64,000 nucleotides of DNA from Paragordius varius (lineage: Eukaryota; Animalia; Nematomorpha), in assembly GCA_964247055.1 (NCBI GenBank), contig OZ176053.1, positions 12,958,001 through 13,022,000 on the forward strand, given 5' to 3'. Both the position numbers and the translations under genes were made by a program. The notes below the pieces were generated by a model. The model saw only the letters and a program-made list of their open reading frames with translations. It searched no databases and had not been told where the DNA came from. Below are positions 24,301 through 37,699 of this stretch, piece after piece. The stretch's first letter is position 1. Every line of letters begins with the position of its first letter.

Positions 24301-27300
24301 CAAAATTAAAATAGATCTATAAATTTGTTTATGCACAAAAGAATGAAAAGACTGGATACAAATTAAAGTTTAGGGAAGCAAAAAATTAAGGAACATACCT
24401 CCCACCCAAAACATAAAAAAGTTGTTTTTTTCCTAGAAAAAAAGGGTTATATCGAAACCAAATATAATGAATTTAAATAATATGTTGCGGAAATATAAAA
24501 ATTTTCCGTTTGATAATTATAATTAAAGTAAACTCAAACAAAATTTAATTTAGGTGAAACCTATATGAAACAAAAATTTCAAAAGATCAAATTAATAAAA
24601 TACTAATTTTGTGTTTATTTTTGAGGTTGCTTTTGCGTAAGCCCTGAGTGAAAGGTTGGCCTAAATCTGTTATCTGATATATATATATAGTTCCGCGACT
24701 ACGCGAATGGCTGCATTCATAAGCGATTTGACCGGTCCAAAACCCAACTCCATGTATAATTAGAGCAAAATATAAAATATTGAAATTAAAGGCCAGAGTT
24801 TTTTAGAGCAAAAAAAACCATATATTTATTTTAACTAAGGGTACTCTATCGAATTCTACAAACAAAACTTGTATAAATAAATGGTAATTAAAACTTTATA
24901 AAAAAATTATTTCTAAAAGCAGTACAAAAGTCAGCGCAGTACGGGCGCGGTTTTTTTTCGAAAACCCAGTACTGTACTGCGAAAAACAGCCTATCTGGTC
25001 ACTTTATCTTAGTAAGACTACATCATAATATAGAGATAGTTTGACAAACTCTTTTATATCCGATTTTTACAACGATACTTTAAAAATTAATGTATTAAAC
25101 TCGTCGCATCAATACTCAAGTTAAACTTTGTCCTTAAAAATCGGATATAAGTCACCGGTGAACAAAATTATTTTTTATACATTCTCTTAGCAAGACTACA
25201 TCAAAATATAGAGATAGTTTGACAAACTCTTTTATATCCGATTTTTACAACGATACTTTAAAAATTAATGTATTAAACTCGTCGCATCAATACTCAAGTT
25301 AAACTTTGTCCTTAAAAATCGGATATTGGTCACAGGTGAACAAATTTATTTTTTATATATTCTCTTAGCAAGACTACATCAAAATATAGAGATAGTTTGA
25401 CAAACTCTTTTATATCCGATTTTTACAACGAAACTTTAAAAATTAATGTATAGAAGTTGTCGCATCAATACTCAAGTTAAACTTTGTCCTTAAAAATCGA
25501 ATATTGGTCACCGGTGAACAAAATTATTTTTTATACATTCTCTTAGTAAGACTACATCAAAATATAGAGATAGTTTGACAAACTCTTTCATATCCGGTTT
25601 TTACAACGATACTTTGAAAATTAATGTATAAAACTAGTCGCATCAATACTCAAATTAAATTTTGTCCTTAAAAATGGGATATTGGTCACCGGCGAACAAA
25701 ACTATTTTTTATACATTCTCTTAGTAAGACTACATCATAATATAGAGATAGTTTGACAAACTCTTTTATATCCGATTTTTACAACGATACTTTAAAAATT
25801 AATGTATTAAACTCGTCGCATCAATACTCAAGTTAAACTTTGTCCTTAAAAATCGGATATTGGTCACAGGTAAACAAATTTATTTTTTATATATTCTCTT
25901 AGCAAGACTACATCAAAATATAGAGATAGTTTGACAAACTCTTTCATATCCGTTTTTACAACGATACTTTAAAAATTAATGTATAAAACTAGTCGCATCA
26001 ATTCTGAAATTAAATTTTGTCCTTAAAAATGGGATATTGGTCACCGGTGAACAAAACTATTTTTTATACATTCTCTTAGTAAGACTACATCATAATATAG
26101 AGATAGTTTGACAAACTCTTTTATATCCGATTTTTACAACGATACTTTAAAAATTAATGTATTAAACTAGTCGCATCAATACTCAAATTAAATTTTGTCC
26201 GTAAAAATGGGATATTGGTCACAGGTGAACAAATTTATTTTTTATATATTCTCTTAGCAAGACTCCATCAAAATATAGAGATAGTTTGACAAACTCTTTT
26301 ATATCCGATTTTTACAACGATACTTTAAAAATTAATGTATTAAACTCGTCGCATCAATACTCAAGTTAAACTTTGTCCTTAAAAATCGGATATTGGTCAC
26401 AGGTGAACAAATTTATTTTTTATATATTCTCTTAGCAAGACTACATCAAAATATAGAGATAGTTTGACAAACTCTTTCATATCCGTTTTTACAACGATAC
26501 TTTAAAAATTAATGTATAAAACTAGTCGCATCAATTCTCAAATTAAATTTTGTCCTTAAAAATGGGATATTGGTCACCGGTGAACAAAACTATTTTTTAT
26601 ACATTCTCTTAGTAAGACTACATCATAATATAGAGATAGTTTGACAAACTCTTTTATATCCGATTTTTACAACGATACTTTAAAAATTAATGTATTAAAC
26701 TAGTCGCATCAATACTCAAATTAAATTTTGTCCTTAAAAATGGGATATTGGTCACAGGTGAACAAATTTATTTTTTATATATTCTCTTAACAAGACTCCA
26801 TCAAAATATAGAGATAGTTTGACAAACTCTTTTATATCCGATTTTTACAACGATACTTTAAAAATTAATGTATAAAACTAGTCGCATCAATACTCAAGTT
26901 AAACTTTGTCCTTAAAAATCGAATATTGGTCACCGGTGAACAAAATTATTTTTTTACATTCTCTTAGTAAGACTACATCAAAATATAGAGATAGTTTGAA
27001 AAACTCTTTCATATCCGATTTTTACAACGATACTTTAAAAATTAATGTGTTAAACTAGTCGCATCAATACTCAAGTAAAACTTTGTCCTTAAAAATCGGA
27101 TATTGGTCACCGGTGAACAAAACTATTTTTTATACATTCTCTTAGTAAGACTACATCATAATATAGAGATAGTTTGACAAACTCTTTTATATCCGATTTT
27201 TACAACGATACTTTAAAAATTAATGTATTAAACTCGTCGCATCAATACTCAAGTTAAACTTTGTCCTTAAAAATCGGATATAAGTCACCGGTGAACAAAA

Positions 27301-30300
27301 TTATTTTTTATACATTCTCTTAGCAAGACTACATCAAAATATAGAGATAGTTTGACAAACTCTTTTATATCCGATTTTTACAACGATACTTTAAAAATTA
27401 ATGTATTAAACTCGTCGCATCAATACTCAAGTTAAACTTTGTCCTTAAAAATCGGATATTGGTCACAGGTGAACAAATTTATTTTTTATATATTCTCTTA
27501 GCAAGACTACATCAAAATATAGAGATAGTTTGACAAACTCTTTTATATCCGATTTTTACAACGAAACTTTAAAAATTAATGTATAGAAGTTGTCGCATCA
27601 ATACTCAAGTTAAACTTTGTCCTTAAAAATCGAATATTGGTCACCGGTGAACAAAATTATTTTTTATACATTCTCTTAGTAAGACTACATCAAAATATAG
27701 AGATAGTTTGACAAACTCTTTCATATCCGGTTTTTACAACGATACTTTGAAAATTAATGTATAAAACTAGTCGCATCAATACTCAAATTAAATTTTGTCC
27801 TTAAAAATGGGATATTGGTCACCGGCGAACAAAACTATTTTTTATACATTCTCTTAGTAAGACTACATCATAATATAGAGATAGTTTGACAAACTCTTTT
27901 ATATCCGATTTTTACAACGATACTTTAAAAATTAATGTATTAAACTCGTCGCATCAATACTCAAGTTAAACTTTGTCCTTAAAAATCGGATATTGGTCAC
28001 AGGTAAACAAATTTATTTTTTATATATCCTCTTAGCAAGACTACATCAAAATATAGAGATAGTTTGACAAACTCTTTCATATCCGTTTTTACAACGATAC
28101 TTTAAAAATTAATGTATAAAACTAGTCGCATCAATTCTGAAATTAAATTTTGTCCTTAAAAATGGGATATTGGTCACCGGTGAACAAAACTATTTTTTAT
28201 ACATTCTCTTAGTAAGACTACATCATAATATAGAGATAGTTTGACAAACTCTTTAAATCCGATTTTTACAACGATACTTTAAAAATTAATGTATTAAACT
28301 AGTCGCATCAATACTCAAATTAAATTTTGTCCGTAAAAATGGGATATTGGTCACAGGTGAACAAATTTATTTTTTATATATTCTCTTAGCAAGACTCCAT
28401 CAAAATATAGAGATAGTTTGACAAACTCTTTTATATCCGATTTTTACAACGATACTTTAAAAATTAATGTATAAAACTAGTCGCATCAATACTCAAGTTA
28501 AACTTTGTCCTTAAAAATCGAATATTGGTCACCGGTGAACAAAATTATTTTTTTACATTCTCTTAGTAAGACTACATCAAAATATAGAGATAGTTTGAAA
28601 AACTCTTTCATATCCGATTTTTACAACGATACTTTAAAAATTAATGTGTTAAACTAGTCGCATCAATACTCAAGTAAAACTTTGTCCTTAAAAATCGGAT
28701 ATTGGTCACCGGTGAACAAAACTATTTTTTATACATTCTCTTAGTAAGACTACATCATAATATAGAGATAGTTTGACAAACTCTTTTATATCCGATTTTT
28801 ACAACGAAACTTTAAAAATTAATGTATAAAAGTTGTCGCATCAATACTCAAGTTAAACTTTGTCCTTAAAAATCGAATATTGGTCACCGGTGAACAAAAT
28901 TATTTTTTTTACATTCTCTTAGTAAGACTACCTCAAAATATAGAGATAGTTTGACAAACTCTTTCATATCCGATTTTTACAACGATACTTTAAAAATTAA
29001 TGTATTAAACTAGTCGCATCAATACTCAAATTAAACTTTGTCCTTAAAAATCGGATATTGGTCACAGGTGAACAAAATTATTTTTTATATATTCTCTTAG
29101 CAAGACTACATCAAAATATAGAGATAGTTTGACAAACTCTTTCATATCAGATTTTTACCAGGATACTTTAAAAATTAATGTATAAAACTAGTCGTATCAA
29201 TAAATCGCATCAATACTCAAGTTAAACTTTGTCCTTAAAAATCGGATATTGGTCACCGGTGAACAAAATTATTTTTTATACATTCTCTTAGTAGGACTAC
29301 ATCAAAATATAGAGATAGTTTGGCAAACTCTTTCATATCCAATTTTTACAACGATACTTTAAAAATTAATGTATTAAACTCGTCGCATCAATACTCAAGT
29401 TAAACTTTGTCCTTAAAAATCGGATATTGGTCACCGGTGAACAAAATTATTTATTATACATTCTCTTAGCAAGACTACATTAAAATATAGAGATAGTTTG
29501 ACAAACTCTTTCATATCCGTTTTTACAACGATACTTTAAAAATTAATGTATAAAACTAGTCGCATCAATACTCAAATTAAATTTTGTCCTTAAAAATGGG
29601 ATATTGGTCGCCGGTGAACAAAACTATTTTTTATACATTCTCTTAGTAAGACTACATCATAATATGGAGATAGTTTAACAAACTCTTTTATATCCGATTT
29701 TTACAACGATACTTTAAAAATTAATGTATTAAACTAGTCGCATCAATACTCAAATTAAATTTTGTCCTTAAAAATGGGATATTGGTCACCGGTGAACAAA
29801 ACTATTTTTTATACATTCTCTTAGTAAGACTACATCATAATATAGAGATAGTTTGACAAACTCTTTTATATCCGATTTTTACAACGAAACTTTAAAAATT
29901 AATGTATAAAAGTTGTCGCATCAATACTCAAGTTAAACTTTGTCCTTAAAAATCGAATATTGGTCACCGGTGAACAAAATTATTTTTTATACATTCTCTT
30001 AGTAAGACTACATCAAAATATAGAGATAGTTTGATAAACTCTTTTATATCCGATTTTTACAACGAAACTTTAAAAATTAATGTATAAAAGTTGTCGCATC
30101 AATACTCAAGTTAAACTTTGTCCTTAAAAATCGAATATTGGTCACCGGTGAACAAAATTATTTTTTATACATTCTCTTAGTAAGACTACATCAAAATATA
30201 GAGATAGTTTGACAAACTCTTTCATATCCGATTTTTACAACGATACTTTAAAAATTAATGTGTTAAACTAGTCGCATCAATACTCAAGTAAAACTTTGTC

Positions 30301-33300
30301 CTTAAAAATCGGATATTGGTCACCGGTGAACAAAACTATTTTTTATACATTCTCTTAGTAAGACTACATCATAATATAGAGATAGTTTCACAAACTCTTT
30401 TATATCCGATTTTTACAACGATTCACCAAAAATTAATGTGTTAAACTAGTCGCATCAATACTCAAGTTAAACTTGTCCTTAAAAATCGAATATTGGTCAC
30501 CGGTGAACAAAATCATTTGTTATACATTCTCTTAGTAAGACTACATCAAAATATAGAAATAGTTTGACAAACTCTTTCATATCCGATTTTTACAACAATA
30601 CTTTAAAAATTAATGTATTAAACTAGTCGCATCAATACTCAAATTAAACTTTGTCCTTAAAAATCGGATATTGGTCACCGGTGAACAAAATTATTTTTTA
30701 TATATTCTCTTAGCAAGACTACATCAAAATATAGAGATAGTTTGACAAACTCTTTCATATCCGATTTTTACAACGATACTTTAAAAATTAATGTATAAAA
30801 CTAGTCGTATCAATAAATCGCATCAATACTCAAGTTAAACTTTGTCCTTAAAAATCGGATATTGGTCACCGGTGAACAAAATTATTTTTTATACATTCTC
30901 TTAGTAGGACTACATCAAAATATAGAGATAGTTTGGCAAACTCTTTTATATCCGATTTTTACAACGATACTTTAAAAATTATGGTATTAAACCAGTCACA
31001 TCAATACTCAAGTTAAACTTTGTCGTTAAAAATCGGATATTGGTCACCTGTGAACAAAATAATTTTTTATACATTCTCTTAGTAGGACTATATCAAAATA
31101 TAGAGATAGTTTGGCAAACTCTTTCATATCCGATTTTTACAACGATACTTTAAAAATTAATGTGTTAAACTAGTCGCATCAATACTCAAGTAAAACTTTG
31201 TCCTTAAAAATCGGATATTGGTCACCGGTGAACAAAACTATTTTTTATACATTCTCTTAGTAAGACTACATCATAATATAGAGATAGTTTCACAAACTCT
31301 TTATATCCGATTTTTACAACGATTCACCAAAAATTAATGTGTTAAACTAGTCGCATCAATACTCAAGTTAAACTTGTCCTTAAAAATCGAATATTGGTCA
31401 CCGGTGAACAAAATTATTTGTTATACATTCTCTTAGTAAGACTACATCAAAATATAGAAATAGTTTGACAAACTCTTTCATATCCGATTTTTACAACGAT
31501 ACTTTAAAAATTAATGTATTAAACTAATCGCATCAATACTCAAATTAAACTTTGTCCTTAAAAATCGGATATTGGTCACAAGTGAACAAAATTATTTTTT
31601 ATATATTCTCTTAGCAAGACTACATCAAAATATAGAGATAGTTTGACAAACTCTTTCATATCCGATTTTTACAACGATACTTTAAAAATTAATGTATAAA
31701 ACTAGTCGTATCAATAAATCGCATCAATACTCAAGTTAAACTTTGTCCTTAAAAATCGGATATTGGTCACCGGTGAACAAAATTATTTTTTATACATTCT
31801 CTTAGTAGGACTACATCAAAATATAGAGATAGTTTGGCAAACTCTTTCATATCCGATTTTTACAACGATACTTTAAATTAATGTATAAAACTAGTCACAT
31901 CAATACTCAAGTTAAACTTTGTCGTTAAAAATCGGATATTGGTCACCGGTGAACAAAATAATTTTTTATACATTCTCTTAGTAGGACTATATCAAAATAT
32001 AGAGATAGTTTGGCAAACTCTTTCATATCCGATTTTTACAACGATACTTTAAAAATTAATGTATAAAACTAGTCGCATCAATACTCAAGTTAAACTTTGT
32101 CCTTAAAAATCGGATATTGGTCACCGGTGAACAAAATTTTTTATACATTCTCTTAGTAAGACTACATCAAAATATAGAGATGGTTTGACAAACTCTTTCA
32201 TATCCGATTTTTACAACGATACTTTATAAATTAATGTATAAAACTAGTCGTATCAATAAGTCGCATCAATACTCTAGTTAAACTTTGTCCTTAAAAATCG
32301 GATATTGGCCACCGGTGAACAAAATAATTTTTTATACACTCTTAGTAAGACTACATCAAAATAGAGATAGTTTGACAAACTCTTTCATATCCGATTTTTA
32401 CAACGATACTTTGAAAATTAATGTATAAAACTAGTCGCATCAATACTCAAGTTAAACTTTGTCCTTAAAAATCGGATATTGGTCACCGGTGAACAAAATT
32501 ATTTTTTATACATTCTCTTAGTAAGACTACATCAAAATAGAAATAGTTTGACAAACTCTTTCATATCCGATTTTTACAACGATACTTTAAAAATTAATGT
32601 ATTAAACTAGTCGCATCAATACTCAAGTTAAACTTTTTCCATAAAAATCGGATATTGGTCACCGTTGAACAAAATAATTTTTTATACATTCTCTTAGTAA
32701 GACTACATCAAAATATAGAGATAGTTTGCCAAACTCTTTCATATCCGATTTTTACAACGATACTTTATAAATTAATGTAGAAAACTAGTCGTATCAATAA
32801 ATCGCATCAATACTCAAGTTAAACTTTGTCCTTAAAAATCGGATATTGGTCACCGGTGAACAAAATTATTTTTTATACATTCTCTTAGTAGGACTACATC
32901 AAAATATAGAGATAGTTTGGCAAACTCTTTCATATCCGATTTTTACAACGATACTTTAAAAATTATGGTATTAAACCAGTCGCATCAATACTCAAGTTAA
33001 ACTTTGTCCTTAAAAATCGAATATTGGTCACCGGTGAACAAAATTATTTTTTATACATTCTCTTAGTAAGACTACATCAAAATATAGAGATAGTTTGACA
33101 AACTCTTTCATATCCGATTTTTACAACGATACTTTAAAAATTAATGTATTAAACTAGTCGCATCAATACTCAAGTTAAACTTTGTCCATAAAAATCGGAT
33201 ATTGGTCACCGTTGAACAAAATAATTTTTTATACATTCTCTTAGTAAGACTACATCAAAATATAGAGATAGTTTGCCAAACTCTTTCATATCCGATTTTT

Positions 33301-36300
33301 ACAACGATACTTTAAAAATTAATGTATTAAACTAGTCGCATCAATACTCAAGTTAAACTTTGTCCTTAAAAATCGGATATTGGTCACCGGTGAACAAAAT
33401 TATTTTTTATACATTCTCTTAGTAGGACTACATCAAAATATAGAGATAGTTTGGCAAATTCTTTCATATCCGATTTTTACAACGATACTTTAAAAATTAT
33501 GGTATTAAACCAGTCGCATCAACTATCAAGTTAAACTTTGTCCTTAAAAATCGAATATTGGTCACCGGTGAACAAAATTATTTTTTATACATTCTCTTAG
33601 CAAGACTACATCAAAATATAGAGACAGTTTGACAAACTCTTTCATATCCGATTTTTACAACGATACTTTATAAATTAATGTATAAAACTAGTCGTATCAA
33701 TAAGTCGCATCAATACTCTAGTTAAACTTTGTCCTTAAAAATCGGATATTGGTCACCGGTGAACAAAATTATTTTTTATACATTCTCTTAGTAAGACTAC
33801 ATCAAAATATAGAGATAGTTTGACAAACTCTTTCATATCCAATTTTTACAACGATACTTTAAAAATTATGGTATTAAACCAGTCGCATCAATACTCAAGT
33901 TAAAAATCCTTAAAAATCGGATATTGGTCACCGGTGAACAAAATTATTTTTTATACATTCTCTTAGTAATACTACATCAAAATATAGAAATAGTTTGACA
34001 AACTCTTTCATATCGATTTTACAACGATACTTTAAAAATTAATGTATTAAACTAGTCGCATCAATACTCAAGTTAAACTTAGTCCTTAAAAATCGGATAT
34101 TGGTCACCGGTGAACATGATTATTTTTTATACATTTTCTTAGCAAGACTACATCAAAATATAGAGATAGTTTGATAAACTCTTTCATATCCGATTTTTAC
34201 AACGATACTTTAAAAATTAATGTAAAAAACTAGTCGCATAAATATTCAAGTTAAACTTTGTCCTAAAAAATCGGATATTGGTCACCGGTGAACAAAACTA
34301 TTTTGTATACATTCTCTTGGAAAGACTACATCAAAATATAGAGATAGTTTGACAAACTCTTTCATATCCGATTTTTACAACGATACTTTAAAAATTAATG
34401 TATAAAACTAGTCGCATAAATATTCAAATTAAACTTTGTCCTAAAAAATCGGATATTGGTCACCGGTGAACAAAACTATTTTTTATACATTCTTTTAGTA
34501 AGACTACATCAAAATATAGAGATAGTTTGATAAACTCTTTCATATCCGATTTTTACAACGATACTTTAAAAATTAATGTATAAAACTAGTCGCATCAATA
34601 CTCAAGTTAAACTTTGTCCCAAAAAATCGGATATTGGTCACCGGTGAACAAAACTATTTTTTATACATTCTTTTAGTATGACTACATCAAAATATAGAGA
34701 TAGTTTGATAAACTCTTTCATATCCGATTTTTACAACGATACTTTTAAAATTAATGTATAAAACTAATCGCATCATAACTCAATTTAAACTTTGTCCTTA
34801 AAAATCGGATATTAGTCGCCGGTAAAGAAAATAATTTTTTATACATTCTCTTAATAGGACTACATCAAAATATAGAGATAGTTTGACAAACTCTTTCATA
34901 TCCGATTTTTACAACGATACTTTAAAAATTAATGTATAAAACTAGTCGCATCAATACTCAAGTTAAACTTTGTCCTTAAAAATCGAATATTGGTCACCAA
35001 TGAACAAAATTATTTTTTATACATTCTCTTAGTAACACTCCATCAAAATATAGAAATAGTTTGACAAACTCTTTCATATCCGATTTTTACAACGATACTT
35101 TAAAAATTAATGTATTAAACTAGTCGCATCAATACTCAAGTTAAACTTTATCCGTAAAAATCGGATATTGGTCACCGGTGAACAAAATAATTTTTTATAC
35201 ATTCTCTTAGTAATACTACATCAAAATATAGAAATAGTTTGACAAACTCTTTCATATCGATTTTTACAACACTTTAAAAATTAATGTATTAAACTAGTCG
35301 CATCAATACTCAAGTTAAACTTAGTCCTTAAAAATCGGATATTGGTCACCGGTGAACATGATTATTTTTTATACATTTTCTTAGCAAGACTACATCAAAA
35401 TATAGAGATAGTTGACCTCTTTCATATCCGATTTTTACAACGATACTTTAAAAATTAATGTATAAAACTAGTCGCATCAATACTCAAGTTAAACTTTGTC
35501 CTAAAAAATCGGATATTGGTCACCGGTGAACAAAACTATTTTTTATACATTCTTTTAGTAAGACTACATCAAAATATAGAGATAGTTTGATAAACTCTTT
35601 CATATCCGATTTTTACAACGATACTTTAAAAATTAATGTAAAAAACTAGTCGCATAAATATTCAAGTTAAACTTTGTCCTAAAAAATCGGATATTGGTCA
35701 CCGGTGAACAAAACTATTTTTTATACATTCTTTTAGTAAGACTACATCAAAATATAGAGATAGTTTGATAAACTCTTTCATATCCGATTTTTACAACGAT
35801 ACTTTAAAAATTAATGTAAAAAACTAGTCGCATCAATACTAAAATTAAACTTTATCCTTAAAAATCGGATATTGGTCACCGGTGAACAAAATTATTTTTT
35901 ATACATTCTCTTAGTAACACTCCATCAAAATATAGAAATAGTTTGACAAACTCTTTCATATCCGATTTTTACAACGATACTTTAAAAATTAATGTATTAA
36001 ACTAGTCGCATCAATACTCAAGTTAAACTTTATCCGTAAAAATCGGATATTGGTCACCGGTGAACAAAATAATTTTTTATACATTCTCTTAGTAATACTA
36101 CATCAAAATATAGAAATAGTTTGACAAACTCTTTCATATCGATTTTTACAACACTTTAAAAATTAAGGTATTAAACTAGTCGCATCAATACTCAAGTTAA
36201 ACTTAGTCCTTAAAAATCGGATATTGGTCACCGGTGAACATGATTATTTTTTATACATTTTCTTAGCAAGACTACATCAAAATATAGAGATAGTTGACCT

Positions 36301-37699
36301 CTTTCATATCCGATTTTTACAACGATACTTTAAAAATTAATGTATAAAACTAGTCGCATCAATACTCAAGTTAAACTTTGTCCTAAAAAATCGGATATTG
36401 GTCACCGGTGAACAAAACTATTTTTTATACATTCTTTTAGTAAGACTACATCAAAATATAGAGATAGTTTGATAAACTCTTTCATATCCGATTTTTACAA
36501 CGATACTTTAAAAATTAATGTAAAAAACTAGTCGTATCAATACTAAAATTAAACTTTATCCTTAAAAATCGGATATTGGTCACCGGTGAACAAAATTATT
36601 TTTTATACATTCTCTTAGTAACACTCCATCAAAATATAGAAATAGTTTGACAAACTCTTTCATATCCGATTTTTACAACGATACTTTAAAAATTAATGTA
36701 TAAAACTAGTCGCATCAATACTCAAGTTAAACTTTGTCCCAAAAAATCGGATATTGGTCACCGGTGAACAAAACTATTTTTTATACATTCTTTTAGTATG
36801 ACTACATCAAAATATAGAGATAGTTTGATAAACTCTTTCATATCCGATTTTTACAACGATACTTTTAAAATTAATGTATAAAACTAATCGCATCAATACT
36901 CAATTTAAACTTTGTCCTTAAAAATCGGATATTAGTCGCCGGTAAAGAAAATAATTTTGTATACATTCTCTTAATAGGACTACATCAAAATATAGAGATA
37001 GTTTGACAAACTCTTTCATATCCGATTTTTACAACGATACTTTAAAAATTAATGTATAAAACTAGTCGCATCAATACTCAAGTTAAACTTTGTCCTTAAA
37101 AATCGAATATTGGTCACCAATGAACAAAATTATTTTTTATACATTTTCTTAGCAAGACTACATCAAAATATAGAGATAGTTTGACAAACTCTTTCATATC
37201 CGATTTTTACAACGATACTTTAAAAATTAATGTAAAAAACTAGTCGCATAAATATTCGAGTTAAACTTTGTCCTAAAAAATCGGATATTGGTCACCGGTG
37301 AAAACTATTTTTTATACATTCTTTTAGTAAGACTACATCAAAATATAGAGATAGTTTGATAAACTCTTTCATATCCGATTTTAACAACGATACTTTAAAA
37401 ATTAATGTAAAAAACTAGTCGCATAAATATTCAAGTTAAACTTTGTCCTAAAAAATCGGATATTGGTCACCGGTGAACAAAACTATTTTTTATACATTCT
37501 TTTAGTAAGACTACATCAAAATATAGAGATAGTTTGACAAACTCTTTCATATCCGATTTTTACAACGATACTTTAAAAATTAATGTAAAAAACTAGTCGC
37601 ATAAATATTCAAGTTAAACTTTGTCCTAAAAAATCGGATATTGGTCACCGGTGAACAAAACTATTTTTTATACATTCTTTTAGTAAGACTACATCAAAA

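Larger units (their letters stand above)
22878..25006 (-). mobile_element. Non-autonomous hAT-superfamily DNA transposon (2129 bp)
   Basis: 15-bp TIRs with one mismatch: TAATGTGACCAGATA (22878-22892) and TATCTGGTCACTTTA (24992-25006). 8-bp TSD TCTTAGTA (22870-22877 and 25007-25014). Subterminal (C)GCAGTAC motifs at 22906, 24919, 24935 and 24974 (reverse). Internal hAT transposase C-terminal remnant on the minus strand. The TAxxGTGACCA terminus resembles Blackjack-type hATs (from memory). Confidence 0.93.
22180..28430 (-). repeat. 12-mer higher-order repeat, period 2133 bp; first copy interrupted by the hAT element (ends approximate)
   Basis: GGATATAAGTCACC at 25143 and 27276 (+2133). Sequence upstream of the insertion matches at +4270 = 2133+2137 (22201/26471, 22441/26711, 22801/27071). 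Confidence 0.85.
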
